This document shows, piece by piece, positions 1-16,714 of a DNA stretch of 64,000 nucleotides (position 1 is the stretch's first letter; every line of letters starts with the position of its first letter). The stretch comes from the human T2T-CHM13v2.0 reference genome, Homo sapiens. The notes under the pieces are model-generated. The model had not been told where the DNA came from. It did not search any database and saw only the letters and a list, made by a program, of their open reading frames with translations. The stretch lies in NCBI RefSeq assembly GCF_009914755.1, contig NC_060939.1; one strand, 5' to 3'. Both the position numbers and the translations under genes were made by a program.

Positions 1-270
1 CAGTGTCATAATATTTATTTTACCCTGGCACATGGTGACCAACTTTTTGGTACAGATTTAGATCCTTCTCTATGGTAGGAAGATTTTTCTTCTATTATAT
101 TATTCACTGTTGGTTCTTACCCATTTGTTTTGGCTTTTTCTTCATGAATACCAGTAATTTCTGTCTGTCTTTCACATTTATCATGTTCTCTTTAATTACT
201 TTCCTCTTTTTTTTTTCTTTTTCTGTGCACGTAGGGGTGATTTTCAAGCTGTCATATGAACTTTTTTTCT

Positions 271-689
271 TTTTTTGAGACAGTCTCACTCTGTCACCCA
301 GGCTTGAGTACAGTGGTGCGATCTCAGCTCACTGCAACCTCTGCCTCCTAGATTCAAGTGATTCTTCTGCCTCAGCCTCCCACGTAACTGCAGTTACAGA
401 CGTGTGCCACCACACCTGGCTGATTTTTGTTTTTAGTAGAGATGGGGTTTCACCATGTTGGCCAGGTTGGTCTCAAACTCCTGACCTCAGGTGATCTGCC
501 CGCCTCAGCCTCCCAGAGTGCTGGGATTACAGGTGTGCACCACCACATCCACCTAATTTTTGTGTTTTTAGCAGAGATGGAGTTTCACCATGTTGACCAG
601 GCTGGTCTCAAATTCCTGACCTCAAGTGATCCACAGTCCTCAGACTTCCAAAGTGTTGGGATTACAAGCGTTAGCCACCACGCCTGGTT
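271..689 (-). mobile_element. AluS with three monomers (left-left-right) inside one TSD
   Basis: Two tandem left monomers; TSD TGAACTTTTTTTCT at 257-270 and 690-703. Confidence 0.88.
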
Positions 690-724
690 TGAACTTTTTT
701 TCTGATCTGTTAACTTCTAGTGGA

Positions 725-992
725 GTTCTTTGTTTATTTTTATGGGTACATAGGTGTATATATTTATGTGAGATATTTTGATGCAGTAATACAATGCATA
801 ATAATCACAGCAAAGTAAATGGGGTATTCGTCCCTTTAAGGATTTATCATTTCTTTGTGTTATATACATTCTAATTATACTCTTTTAGGTATTTTAAAAT
901 GTACAATAAATGGTTGTTGACTGTAATCACCCTATTGTGCAATCAAATACTAGATCTTATTCATTCTATTGAACTATGTTTTTGTACCCAAC
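725..992 (-). mobile_element. L1MA 3'-end fragment
   Basis: Typical antisense L1MA terminus (TTTTTATGGGTACATAGGTGTATATATTTATG...CAAATACTAGATCTTATTCATTCT). Confidence 0.7.
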
Positions 993-3069
993 CTAGTGAC
1001 GTTTTAAATACTGCTATGGCATTATTTATTACCTAATATTCTTTCCTTCGCTTCAAACCTGCCGCTTTTATGTGTCTGTTGTTTTAACCACCTGCGTCTT
1101 ATCCTGTATTTTTTTGTCTATTTTTAGTGTGATATCTGGCTAATTCTTACTTATTCTTCAAGGTCATGCTCTTTTAGGAAGCCTATCTTGACTGGTTAAA
1201 CTTTGGTCTTCCTGTGTTGTGCTTCCATTATAGTACTAAATGGAATATAGTACTAAATGGAATATAGTACTTGCATCCATTATAGTACTAAAATTGTTGG
1301 CAAATTAGGACCTGTTTTTGAGAAGGGATAATGACTTCATCATTCCGAGATCTGACATAGTTTCTTACATGTGATGAGGACCCAAATAGCATTTATTGAA
1401 GGAGTAAATAAATGAGTGTGTGCTCACTATCGCCTTGCATCTTTTGCCAATGCTCTTCTTTCCGCCTAAATCATCCTTTTCTCCTTGTTCTGGTTGACAC
1501 ATGGTTGATCATAAAAATGCCTTTTGAGTCCTCATTTCTTCCTTTTGCATTCATTGGCAATTCTCACTCTTTACTAGGACAGGGGCGACTCTTCTAGTGT
1601 TTCCGTAGGATCTCATGAATACCGTTGTGAGAGTGTTTATTCCGCTGTATTGTTTTATTTTTCTGTTTCCACAATTGAGACAAAATTTTAGGTGGCATAG
1701 ATGGTGTAATTCATCTCTTTATGCTGTGCCCACATGATTATTGATGTATGGTATAAATTTAATACATTTTATTCCATAAATTAATAGAGAAATGAAGTAA
1801 TGTATTTCTGGGTTGATAAAAAAACTCCATGACTATAGTATGGGTCTGTGGGATAGGTAAGGATGGGTAATTCTATGAAGAATATTGAAAACTATGTTGG
1901 GGAGTATGGACTTTTAACAAATATTTAAAAACATCATTTTTTTCAACAATGTACATGTATATAGTTTAAAGAGCCAAATGACTCATGTAGGCTTGAGGTG
2001 AAAAACAACAGCCTCTTGATTCCCTTCCTCCCATTTCCTCACCCACCAGGGGCAACTACTGTTAACAATTCTATCTGATTCTCTTGGTGTTTTATCCACA
2101 TTTCTAAATAACATGTTTATATTGCTGCTTCTTGATCTTTCAGTTGTAGGCACTACTCATTAGAGTCATACTATAGATGAAGATTTAACAATTTTTCACA
2201 CCTCCTGCTCCTTTCTCTTCCTTTCTCTCTCCCCCTCCCCCTCCTCTTTCTCCTTTCTCAACCTCTCCCTCCAGTCTGTCTTCCAGTCCCATACCCCAGA
2301 GTTTTATATAACTTTGACTGGGCCAATATGCAGTTTTTAAATTATTATGAAGGCATATTATTATTAATGCCTTCATTAAACTATTATGAAGGTATATTAT
2401 TATTATAAAGACATGTTATTAAATTATGCCTCTATACTATTCACAGCTATGTCATGTAATATACAGCAATTATTTTCCCTTTCCTGAGTTTTTTTTCCAC
2501 TAGAGTCAATAATTACCTTGCTTTTTTATTTGCTTGTTTTCTTAGTTTTTACATGCTTATCACTAATTCAGAAAAATGTCATCATTCTAATTTTCACTTC
2601 ACTAATTTCATTCACTTTTCTAATTTTCATTCACTTTAATTTTCTTTTAGACCCTTCTTCTGGAGAATTCTTAACCTTTAGCTGAGCTACTTGCTGTCTA
2701 ACAAGAAATTCAGGAGGCATCTTGGAATCTCATTTTTCTGTCATCCTGGGAGGGTCATTTACTTCTTTCCTGTGTTAGATCTCCTGTTTCCTAATCACCT
2801 TCCTTTTTCCTCCTCATTTTTATGGATACATTCTCCAGAAGCTTCCTGCTTATCTGAAAAGATCTTTATTTTCTTCTCAAACTTGAATGATGATTTTTCC
2901 ATATATATAGTTATGTAGAAATGATTTTCCCTCAGAAATTTGAAGGCTTTGCTCCATATTCTAACATCAAGTAATGTTACTGAGAAATCTAAAGGCATCT
3001 GGATTTCCTGCTCTTTTTTCCTCCTCTCTGGATGCATGTAGAAACATACATTTTCCCCCAGTGTTCTGA

Positions 3070-3523
<454 letters not shown>

Positions 3524-5988
3524 GTGTTCCTCTGTTTTCTTGTTGAAACTCCCATTATTCAGATATTAGATCTTCCAGTTTTCTCTTTGTTCATTTGCCC
3601 TGCCTTCCAGGAGATTTATCTAAATTTATTTTTTCACTCTCTTTACTAAGTATTTTATCTCTTTCTATACATATATTTTTTCCTGAGTTATTTTTTGTTC
3701 CTTGAATTTTTAGGAATAGAATTCTGTCCCTGATTCCCAGATGCAGTATCTTCTGTTTCATCTCTGAGAGTATGAATAGACATTTGGGAGGAAAATTTTT
3801 TTCACCTTGCATAGTCTCAGTTCCTCCCAAATTGCTGTTTTCTTTTAAATTTTTTTTTGTCACTGTATTTAAGGTTAGAGGTCTTTCTGAGATTTCTGGT
3901 GATCCTTGTTTGTTTATTCAAGTTTAAGGAAAGGAGCTATGAGCTTAACTGGAGGGAGATGTGGCCAGTACATCTCATTGCCTGATGATGTCTTTAGGTG
4001 TTCTATTTTGAAATGCTTTGATTTCCCAGTGAAGGCCCTTCTGAGTCCAATATTTTAGGAACCAAGTGAGGCAGAAAGCTGGGATCTCAGCATTAAATAC
4101 ATTAATTTGTATTTAATCCCTGTTTTCAGTATAGTACTCTTGCCCTTAGTTGTACCCAGTTATCTCTTGGTCCAGAAAATTACTGTTTTACCCTCTTTAG
4201 ATAATAACATACAGTCATGCCAAAGTAAGGGAGGTCAGCTGGAAATTTAATCTCTTTTTAAACAGACTTTCAATCAGTCATACTGTTTTGACCCCAACTT
4301 TATCCTGCTTTCAAAAGTATCTGATTTACCACTTCTGAAGTCTTTTGTGAGTTCTGCAGAGCTAATTGAGTTGCTTCTAGGAATTCCCCACTGCCATCTT
4401 AGGATTTACCTTTTTCTGGGGCTGAGAAATCAAAAGATATCCTTAATATGAAATAAGTAATTTAAATAACACCATAATTATTACAGAAAATTGAATTTAT
4501 AGTATAAAAACTCTCTCTCCTCAATCTTAAGGCCTAGATGGTTTCACTGGCAAATTCTACCAAGCATTTAAAGGAGAATTTACAACAATTCCATATAATT
4601 TCTTCCAGAAAACAGAAGAGAAGGAATACTTTCCAATTCATTTTATGGATCTAGTATGACTTTGATACCAAACCATACAAAGACTATATAAAGAAGAAAA
4701 CAACAAACCAATATATCTCATGAATATAGAAGTAAAAATTATTAATACAATCCTGTCAAAAGTATTAAGAAAGATATAAAAGGAATTATAGACCATAACC
4801 AAATGGGGTTTATTAGAGGAATGTAAGGCTGTTTCAGTATTTGAAAGTCAATCAATGTAATCTAGCTAATTAATAGACTAAGGAAGAAAAAATGTATAGG
4901 ATCTTATCAATTGATACAGAAAAAATATTTGACAAAGTCACCAATTCATGAAGAACTCTCAGAAAAATAGAAACAGATATCAGCTTGATAAAAAATTTAA
5001 GAACCTTTAACTAATATTGCATATTATAATTGATGGTGAAAGACTGAACACTTTCCCCCTAAGGTATAGAATAAGGTAGGGTTGTCTGTCTCACCACTCT
5101 TACCATAGGAGAAGAAAAATACAACTGTCTTTATTTGCAGATGACATTTTTGTCTACGTAGAAAATCCCAAGAAATCTACAAGGTAACTTCTAAAACTAA
5201 CAAGTGAGTCTGGCAAGGTCCTGGATACAAAATAAAAATACAGAAATCAATTGTATTTCTCTTACTAGTGATGAGCACATAGATAACAAAATTTAAAAAT
5301 ACAGTGCCATTAATAATCATTCAGAAAAGTTAAATGCTAAGGTGTAAATCTAACAGAACATGTATAGGACTTGTACGCCTAATACTGCAATGTGCTAATG
5401 AAAGAGGAACCCTAATAAAATACCTAGGAATACATTTAGCCAAGGAGGTGAAAGATCTCTACAATGAAAACTGTAAAACACCGATGAAAGAAATGGAAGA
5501 AGACACAAATAAATGGAACAATATTCCACATTCATAGATTGGAAAAAATAATATTAAAATGTTGATACTACCCAAAGTGATCTACAGATTCAGTGTAATC
5601 TCTGTCAAAATCTGTCACATTCTTCACAGAAATAGAAAAAAACAATCTTAAAATTTGTATGGAACCATAAAAGACCTCAAATAAATTAAGCAATCTTGAT
5701 CAAAAAGAACAAATCCGGAGGCGTTATACTACCTGACTTCAAAATGTGCTACAAAGCTGTAGTAAGCAAAACACAATGGCAATGGCATAAAAACAGACAG
5801 GTTGTCCGATGGAACAGTATACAGAGCTCTGAAATAAGTCCACACATTTACAGCCAACTGATTTTTTACAAAGGTGTCAAGAACACAGGGAAAAGACAAT
5901 TGTCTCTTCAATAAATGGTGTTGGGAAAACTAGATATCCACATGAAGAAGAATGAAATTATTTCATACCATATAGAAAAATCAACTAA

Positions 5989-6290
5989 CGCCAGGCGCAG
6001 TGGCTCACGCCTGTAATCCCAACACTTTGGGAGGCCGAGGCGGGCAGATCACGAGGTCAGGAGATCGAGACCATCCTGGCTAACATGGTGAAACCCCATC
6101 TCTGCTAAAAGAATACAAAAAAATTGCCGGGCATGGTAGCGGGCGCCTGTAGTCCCAGCTACTCGGGAGGCTGAGGCAGGAGAATGGCGTGAACCCAGGA
6201 GGCTGAGCTTACTATGAGCTGAGATGCGCCACTGCACTCCAGCCTGGGCGACAGAGTGAGACTCTGTCTCAAAAAAAAAAAAGAAAAAGA
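5989..6290 (+). mobile_element. AluY-like
   Basis: GAGATCGAGACCATCCTGGCTAAC and GAATGGCGTGAACCC diagnostics; TSD GAAAAATCAACTAA. Confidence 0.9.
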
Positions 6291-6920
6291 AAAATCAACT
6301 AAAAATAGATTAAAAATTAAAATGTAAGAAATTTAGCATCCGGAAGAAACAGGAGAAAAGCTCTATGACATTTGTCTGGGAAATGATTATTTTACACATG
6401 ACCCCAAAAGCCAGAAAAATATGGACAAATGGGATTACATCAAACCAAAATGCTTCTGTACAACAAAGGAAACAATCAACAGAGAGAAGAGATAACCTAC
6501 AGAATGGGAGAAAGTATTTGCAAGCTATACATCTGCCATGGGGTTAATATCCAAAATATATGACAAACTCAGTAGCAAGAAAAAAATAACCTGATTAAAA
6601 AATGGGCAAAGGACCCAAATAGACATTTCTTAAAAGATATACATAGGATGAACATGGAAGACAGTATTTAAGTGATGTAAGCCAAAAGATATATGAACAA
6701 ATGCTCAACATCAGTAATTATCAGGGAAATGCAACCTGAACCACAATGAGGTATTATCTCACACCTGTTAGGATGGCTATTAAAAAAACAAAAGACAACA
6801 AGTATTGGCAAGGATGCAGAGAAAAGGGAACCCTTGCACCCTGTTGGCGAGAATGTAAATTGGTACAGCTACTATGAAAAACAGTATAAGCGTTCCTCAA
6901 GATATTAAAACTAGAGATAT

Positions 6921-7277
<357 letters not shown>

Positions 7278-7870
7278 TCAAAGAGATATCTGCACTTCCA
7301 TGTTTGTTGCAGTGTTTTCAAAATAGCCAAGGTGTGGAAACAACTAAGTGTCTATCAGTGAATGAATGGTTAAAGAAAATGGTATATATACACAATATAA
7401 TACTATTCAGCCATGAAAAATGAAGGAAATCCTATTATTTGTGACAATGTGGATGAACATGGAAGACAGTATTTAAGGGACGTAAGTCAGGCACAGGAAG
7501 GCAAATACCACATAATCTCACTCATATGTAGACGCTAAAAAAGTTGATCTCGTAGAAAAAGAGAGTAAAAAGGCAGTTGCTAGGGGTTAAGATGGTTGAG
7601 GAGGGGAGTTGAGGACATGTTGGTGGAAGGATACAAAATTTCAGTTAGGTAAGAGGAATAAGTTTAACAGAACTATTGTGCAACAGTGTCATTGTAGTTA
7701 ATATATTGTATTATTGAAAATTGCTGAGACCGGATGTTAAGTATTATCACCACAAAAATAACTGTGAGATAATGGATATGTTAGTTTGATTTAGTCATTC
7801 CACAGTGTATAGATACTTGAAAACATCACATATTGTACACGATAAATACATACAATTTTATCTGTTGGTG

Positions 7871-8254
<384 letters not shown>

Positions 8255-9166
8255 TAATGAGAGCAGTGGTATTGGCAGAGGAATAAACAAATGAGATCAA
8301 CGGGAGAAAATATTTGAAAATCACCTAACAAAGGACTAGTATCTCTATTAAGAACTCTCAAATATCAACAATTAAAAATCAAACATTCTAATTAGAAAAT
8401 GAACAAAGGACACGAATGGATATTTTACCCAAGAGAATACATAGATGGCAAATAAGCACACAAAAATATGTTCAACACTACTGGCTATTAAGGAAATGCA
8501 AATTAAAACTGCAATAAGATATCATTACCTACCTATCAGAATAGCTTTCAAAAGGTTCACAACAAGAAATACTGGCAAGGATGCAGAGGAAGAGTGTTAC
8601 TCATACATTGGTTCTGAGAATGTAAAATGATACAGCCATTCTGGAAAATAGGCAGTTTCTTTTAAAAAAATAAACATGCAACTACCATACAACTCAGCAA
8701 TTGCACTCCTGGGCATTTTTCTCAGATAAATGAAGACTTAGGTTCACAATAAAACCTGTACATGAATGTTTATGCCAGTTTTACTCACAGTGGCCAAAAG
8801 GTGGAAACAATCCCAATGCCCTTTAGTGGGTGAATCATTAAACAAATGGTGTTACATCCATACCAGGGAGTGCTACACAGCCGTAAATGGAAATGAACCA
8901 TTGATAAACACAACAATCTGGATGAATCTCCAGAAAATTACAATGAAGTTATAAAAATCCAATCTCTAAAGCTTACATACTGTATTTCACTTATGTAATA
9001 TTCTTGAAATGACAGAAATTATAGAAATGGAGAACAGTAGTTGCTAGGTGTTAAGGAAGAGGATAGGGTGGGAGGGGAGGAGATGCAGCTATAAAAGGCA
9101 ACTTGCAGGATTCTTGTGATGATAGAAATGTTCTGTACATTACCTGTATTAATATCAGTCTCCTAG

Positions 9167-9562
<396 letters not shown>

Positions 9563-9643
9563 GATCTACATTTATTTTAAATAGAAGATTTAATTTAATT
9601 TTAAAAAACTAGAAATGCCAGGCAAAATAGGACACACATTTAA

Positions 9644-9654
9644 AACAACAACAA

Positions 9655-9685
<31 letters not shown>

Positions 9686-9692
9686 AACAACA
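9644..9692 (+). repeat. (AAC)n microsatellite with two AGC interruptions
   Basis: Read directly from the sequence. Confidence 0.95.
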
Positions 9693-11693
9693 GAACTAAA
9701 GTTGAACCTACAAGAAATTAAGGGAAATCCATGGGGCCAAAAAGCAAAGAGTAAACTGAATGCCAGACTAGTAAGTGCATAACTGATTCTGTGCCTGCCC
9801 TAGTGATGGAGATGGGATTTGATCATCTCAAAAACTCAGGCTGTTGAGTTTTAATTCCTTCATAATCACAGATCAAGTCTTGAGTGTATGCGAGTTCACA
9901 CCATGGGAACTGCAACCCTAAGATAAAGGCAAGACCCTTGAGGTCCAGACACTTAACAGAAGGACTAGGGGGAAAATGTCCACACACCAGCATAGGGAAT
10001 TTAAGTATCTTAGTCTTAATTCCATATGAAAAAAAAATTCCACATTGGAACAGTGGACCTGTTCTCTCAAAATTTGGAAGTGCATGTATATTGGCCTATA
10101 CATATTATATATATTACATTGAATACATATATCCTATATGATTGTGGAAACATTTACGTGGGAAATTAATATGAAAATTGATCTTGTAGCCTGTGATATC
10201 CTTAAGGTATGGCAGCAATGAAAGATTTGAGAGTCAGGCCACCAACCGGCTGCATAGGATTCCTGTCGATAGAGCCCTGCTAATGACAAACTTGCAATCC
10301 TAAAATATGTAACACACAAGGAAATACTTGCGAGGAGTAAGCACCAGCAGGCACAACATTGATGATATAAGAGAGAAAAGCCATACAGTTATCTATATTG
10401 ATGCAAAAGTAGCAGTTAATAAAATGAATACTTACTCTCAATTGAAAAATATTAGCAAACTAGGAATAAAGGTATACTCTCAATGTACAGTAGATAATCT
10501 TGATAGTAAAAATGTTACCACATTCACCTTAACATTAGGTGTGAGATAAGAATGCCCACTGTCATTGCTTGTATTCATTATTGTATTTGAGGTCCTAGTC
10601 AGTGTAGTAAGGCTAGAAAAAAAATGAAATAGAAGGATAACTCTCATTATTCAGAGACTACTAAATTGTGCAGATAGAAAAATCCAAGAGTACTTGTACA
10701 TAAAATAATAAAACTAATAAAATAATTCAGTAAAGATTGCTGGAAGCAAATTAATGCACAAATGACTGTGCTCTTACACAGTACCAAAAACTAAATAGAA
10801 AGCAAAATTTCAAAAGGCAGTACTAGTAAAATATGTGGTATGTTGTAATAAGTTCAATAAAAAATGTGTAAGACCTTTATGGAAGATTTAGATGCTTACC
10901 TAAATAAAAGGAGAGCTATAATATGTTCATATATAGGAAATCTCAACATCATAAACATACCAATTTTCCCCTATGTTAATCTATAAGCATAATTTCAATT
11001 CTAAGTATCATATAGGAGTGCAAAGAAATGAAAATAATTTTGAAAAAGAACAAAATAGGGGACTTGCCTGGACAATTAAAATGTTTCTTTTAACTATACT
11101 AGTGGCATAGGCGGGAGTAGCAAGTGTGGCAAAATTGAGAGCCCAGAAACAGATATATGCGTATGTGGAAGTTTGGTATATATTGAAAGTGGCCCTGTAA
11201 ATCAGTGCAGGAAAGAGGGATAGTCAATACATGGTGCTCAGATATGATTATCGATAGTCAGAGGAAAACATTAGAACATATCAATTCATGTAAAGAATAA
11301 ATTCCAAGTGCATTAATCTCTACTTGTAAAAAACAATGTCTGGAAACATTTAGAAAGAAATATAGAAGAATATCTTTGTGATTTCTAGAGAGTGAAATAT
11401 TCGCTAACTAAGATACAAAAAGTTTGAGTTACAAAGGAAAATACGGATAAATTCAAGCACAATAAAAAATACACATCTGTATCACAAAAATATAAACCTA
11501 AAGAAAAGCCATAGAGTGGAATAAAATCTTGACAATGAATATAACCAATAAAGGACTAGTATTTGAAATATTAAGTAACTTTTACTTACCAATAAAATAG
11601 AAGCAAAAAGAGGCTAGTAGAAAAGTGGGCAAAGAATATGAACAGGAAATTCATAGAAGGTGAATCTGCATAGTAAAAAACAAATGAGAATTA

Positions 11694-12077
<384 letters not shown>

Positions 12078-12928
12078 TCAAATATTGACCTAGATGTATA
12101 AAAATAAGAACCTTCCTGCACTGGTAATGAGGGTGAAAACTGGTATGTCCATGTTAGAGAGCAATTTGTCAATATCTGGTAATAGTGATGCTGTAAACAC
12201 CCAGAAGAGAACAACCCCGCTCAGGTATATATCCCAGAGAAATGCGTAAATATGCCTAACATGGTGGTTTAAGATTGCTCATTGCAGAACTGTGGGTGCA
12301 GTTTAAAATTTGAAACCAACTGCCAAATGAAGATTTGGAACAATTTTCATCAACATTTAGGAAAATTGATCAATGAAGAATAAAGAGAATTGATCAATAA
12401 ATTTTGGTATATTTATAAATGGGATTCCTACAGATCTCTAAAAGTGAATGAATTAGAGTTACATCTGTTAACATGGATATTCTCAAAAACAGTTTTCAGA
12501 GAAAAAAAAAACTGCAGAAGGTTTTTGGCACAATATGATTCCATGTACTCAGTTACCTCTCCTATTTCTGATGTAGTATTTGCTTAACTTTTTCATTTCT
12601 TAGGACTAATATAGCATTCTTTAGTCTATTTCTACACAAACCTTAGCCTACATTCTGAAATTTGCTTGTAGGCCTGAGAATCTCCAAATTTGCCTGCTCC
12701 CTGAGCTCATCTAATTTAAACAGGTATCTGAGGGTAGAAAACATCCTAAATCAAATGTGTATATATGTATTTGTGCATATATGTGCATAAATTGAGAGAA
12801 TAATAGTTTCTGTGGTGTTTCAGAAGTAAGACAAGTGCATGTCATTGCATGTGCTCTCCCAGCTTGGTTCCTGGCATGGGGTCAGGCCTGTGGCACACCC
12901 ACTTTTTCCATGTCTAAGAAACAGGGAC

Positions 12929-13236
12929 AGGCTGGGTGTGGTGGCTCACGCCTGTAATCCCAGCACTTTGGGAGGCCGAGGCGGGCGGATCACGAGGTCA
13001 GGAGTTCAAGACCAGCCTGACCAACATGGTGAAACCCCGTCTCTACTAAAAATACAAAAATTAGCCAGGCGTGGTCAGTGCATGCCTGTAATCCCAGCTA
13101 CTCAGGAGGCTGAGGCAGGGGAATCGCTTGAAACTGGGAGGCAGAGGTTGCAGGGAGCCGAGATCGCGCCATTGCACTCCAGCCTGAGCGACAGAGTGGG
13201 ACTCCGTCTCAAAAAAAAAAAAAAACAAAAAAAAAG
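12929..13236 (+). mobile_element. AluS (Sg-like)
   Basis: Dimeric Alu with poly(A). Confidence 0.9.
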
Positions 13237-16200
13237 GACAATAACACCACTTTTTGGCTATAATGAAATTAGATTAATTCAAAAGCATGGTAGCAGGTTC
13301 TTTAATAAGATTATTTCGGAAGCATGGTAGCAGGTTCTTTAATAATTCACTCATTCCTGCTCCCCACATTTTAGGCAGCTGTAAACCTTAATCATTCCTC
13401 ACCCATTCCCATATTAAGAACTTTCACTGTCGTTTTGGAAGTACTCTGAGATTTTTAAGAAGGAAACCTACTTCCCTTGGAATGCTTATCAGGTCTCTTT
13501 ATCCTTGAACTGCCTTAGAGACTTATTAAGTCTTCATAAATATTGAATGCTTGTGGTCAGTTTTTCTTGGAAGAGGAATATGGAGGTGATTACATATAAA
13601 ACCAAACTGAAAGCCATCCCAAAGCTTTAGAAAGCATTTCAGTGCCTTCCCTTTTTATCAGTGTACTCCTTCAAATTCATGATTTAGGGCATTCATGATT
13701 TAGGAAAATAGCAAATGTAGCTATTTTCCTCATATATTTCTTGTGGATAAAGTTATTTCAGAATTTGATTACTTTAAATAGTCAGTTCTTTTGCACTGCA
13801 AACCATATGCCAGCCAGAATGTCCCTTTCTCTTGCAGAAGTGTGTAACTTGATATTCTAGTTAAGTGCCAATCATGGGAAACACAGGTTTAAGTTAACTA
13901 CTATTTTAAAAATTAATATATTTTTATTCTTCAAAACACATACTTCTCAGGCTTTATGACACCATTATTTGAGTCAATATATCATCAAATGAATATAATA
14001 AATTATAGTGCTATGAACTCCAGGGAAATTTTATTAATGTTTTTAATATATCCTCATGTGGAATCAACATATGTTTTTTATATATTCATAAATTTATGAC
14101 TTCAAAACTCTTCAATACAGGGTGTTACGAATGTTGTAATGGATAGAAAATACATAATTGTGAAATGATGTTCTTGAATTTTCAAATACTCCTGATAACC
14201 ATTAGCTCTTGCATATACTAATTACACTGAAATTAAAAACTTGTAAGTAATATTTCTGCAGCTTAGTTGCTTTGGCCCAAAGGAATTATTCCAGAATAAG
14301 CTGGCAGGTTCCTGCTTGGGGAATTAGGATTCCAATGTCCTTAACTTTAAAATAACTTGCATTTCATTTTATGTCTGTTTCATAAAGTAGTCTTTCATTT
14401 TCATACTAAATTGTAACCAAAGCAAGCCACATCAATAGAGGCCAGTCACTGGATTTACTGTGTATTAGGTTGGACAAAGTAAAATAGAATGTTAAAAATG
14501 GTCGCCAGGTGGTTGGGTTTAAAAATAAAAACGTTGCTACTGACTTATAAAGGAAACTGAGAAGTAATCTCCCTGAATCTTTATATCCATATCCTGGTAC
14601 ATAGTAGGTTCACCATAAGACATTGTTGAAGGAAGAATGAGTCCAAAATGGTGCATTATGTTTTGAAAATTCGTGACATAAAATGCTCTCTTTTTCATAT
14701 CACCATGCTGCAATTGTAGTGGGATTTGTAGGAGAGTTGTACATACTTTTTAGGTTTATATTTTCAGGCTCAACACTCAAGATGCAAATCAGTGACTCCT
14801 GGAAACTCAGCTTACAATTAGGACACAGCAGGTGGCAATGGAGTGTAGACCATTGCTCTACACATGGTCTACACTGAAGGCCTGAGACACAGCCATAAGA
14901 TACCTTTGATATATTCTTTTCTTACCTTTTAGTTTTAAGTTTCTTTTTACAAGAACAGTTTTTAATATAAATAGCTAAAATTAAGCAACTACTAAAAATG
15001 CATCTGAAAAATTATTTCTGAAAATGTTTAAAGAAAATGCCATTTTTATTAAGTTTCAACAAGTTTTGTATTCCAGTATTGCCATCAATTCAAATATTTT
15101 TTTTAACCTGTGACTCTCTAATTTGCTTGTTCCCTTGAAATTAGCATCAAAAGCTTTTTACAGCTGCAAGTCAGCATGGTACAAAAAGCTTTTTGGTTAT
15201 CACTTCCCTAATCTGTTAGCAACTTCCCTCAACTGGGGCTTTTCCAAAATAAGAGAGTAATTTCAATTACTTCTTCACTTTTCCTATTATTTATTTTCTT
15301 CTTTTGTTCATACGTAAAAAGCAAAATGAAGTAGGCCATGTAAGTGAATGACCTTTTCAATAGGCATAGCTGTTGTTTCCCAGTAGAATGGAGTCATTTC
15401 CCCTTGACCAAGAGAAAGACTTCTCCACACCAGTACATTTTTTTCTACCATCCTCCCAGTTTGGTGCTGCTTGAATGTTTAAAATTTGACGTACTCTTAG
15501 CAAGATTTTAATAAATTTAAGAATCAAATACCTATAACAAAATTTTAAAAACAGAAATATGCAGTGTTACAAAATATTAAGACATGGCCAACCCATTGTG
15601 ATAATCTGGGAAGATGTTCTGAACCACAAATCAAGAAAGCGCATCTACCTAAATACGATTTAACTACAAATTAGGTAACGCTTTTGGAGGCAGCTATAAT
15701 GCTGTTCTTTTCACTCCAAAATGTCCTTCTCCCAAAGCCTTCTAAATCTAATTAGGGATTGTACCACCTCAAAAACACAAGCTGTGAGGAGACAAGGGGT
15801 ACAAGTTGCAGTTGGAACAGAAAGTTTAAGGTGAAGATGGCATGAAATGAAAATGGAGGAGGGAGAGTTTGAGAAAAACTGCAAAGGAAAAAGAGTGGAA
15901 GTTAATATTAAAAATGTACTGGACACAATAAAATGCAAAATAACCACTACAGAAAACTAAAATCTGTAGTGTGGAGGAATATCTGTAGAATATTTCTCAT
16001 AAGCACAAGAAAAGGTCAATGAAATTTTATATATATAAATATATATATATAAATATAAATATATATATATGTATGTATGAGGAAATCATAGATGGACCAA
16101 TGAAGAACTAATAGATGCAGAGAGAGGGAGCTCCAGCCTCAGAATTATAGGCATTTATGGCACAAGAGCAGTAATTAAAATCATAATCTGAAAATAATCA

Positions 16201-16714
16201 GCAGCATTGTAAATAAAGACCTTGAGTATTCCATTCAAAAAGGCTCACCATTTTCAGTAAAGACTGATGAAACACACGACTGGATACATCCTGATTATAA
16301 CTTAACTTTTATATCAAGTACTAACACAACAAAACAAAAGTACTATAAGCTTTCAGGCAGAAACATAAAACACACAAGCAAAGGAATAATCAGATTTCTC
16401 CTCTGCAAGTCTCAATATCAAGGGTCAATGAAGTGTGTTTACAGCTTTGAGGAAAAAGAAGTAACATCATATCATGCAGCATTGCCTTTCCTGTATGAAA
16501 TGCAAAGATTTAATCATATGCCAGCCATGCATCCAACTAATTAAATAATACTTAACCAGCCAAGAGTTAAAAACTCATACGTGAAAAATTCATATTATGA
16601 AAGGACTGGGATTTGTTTTAAAATACTTCTAAATATGTATTGTAAGTATGGACAAAAATGAAAACCTAAAGATGTTTACCGAATAATTTTTATATTATAT
16701 AAAAATAATGGACT

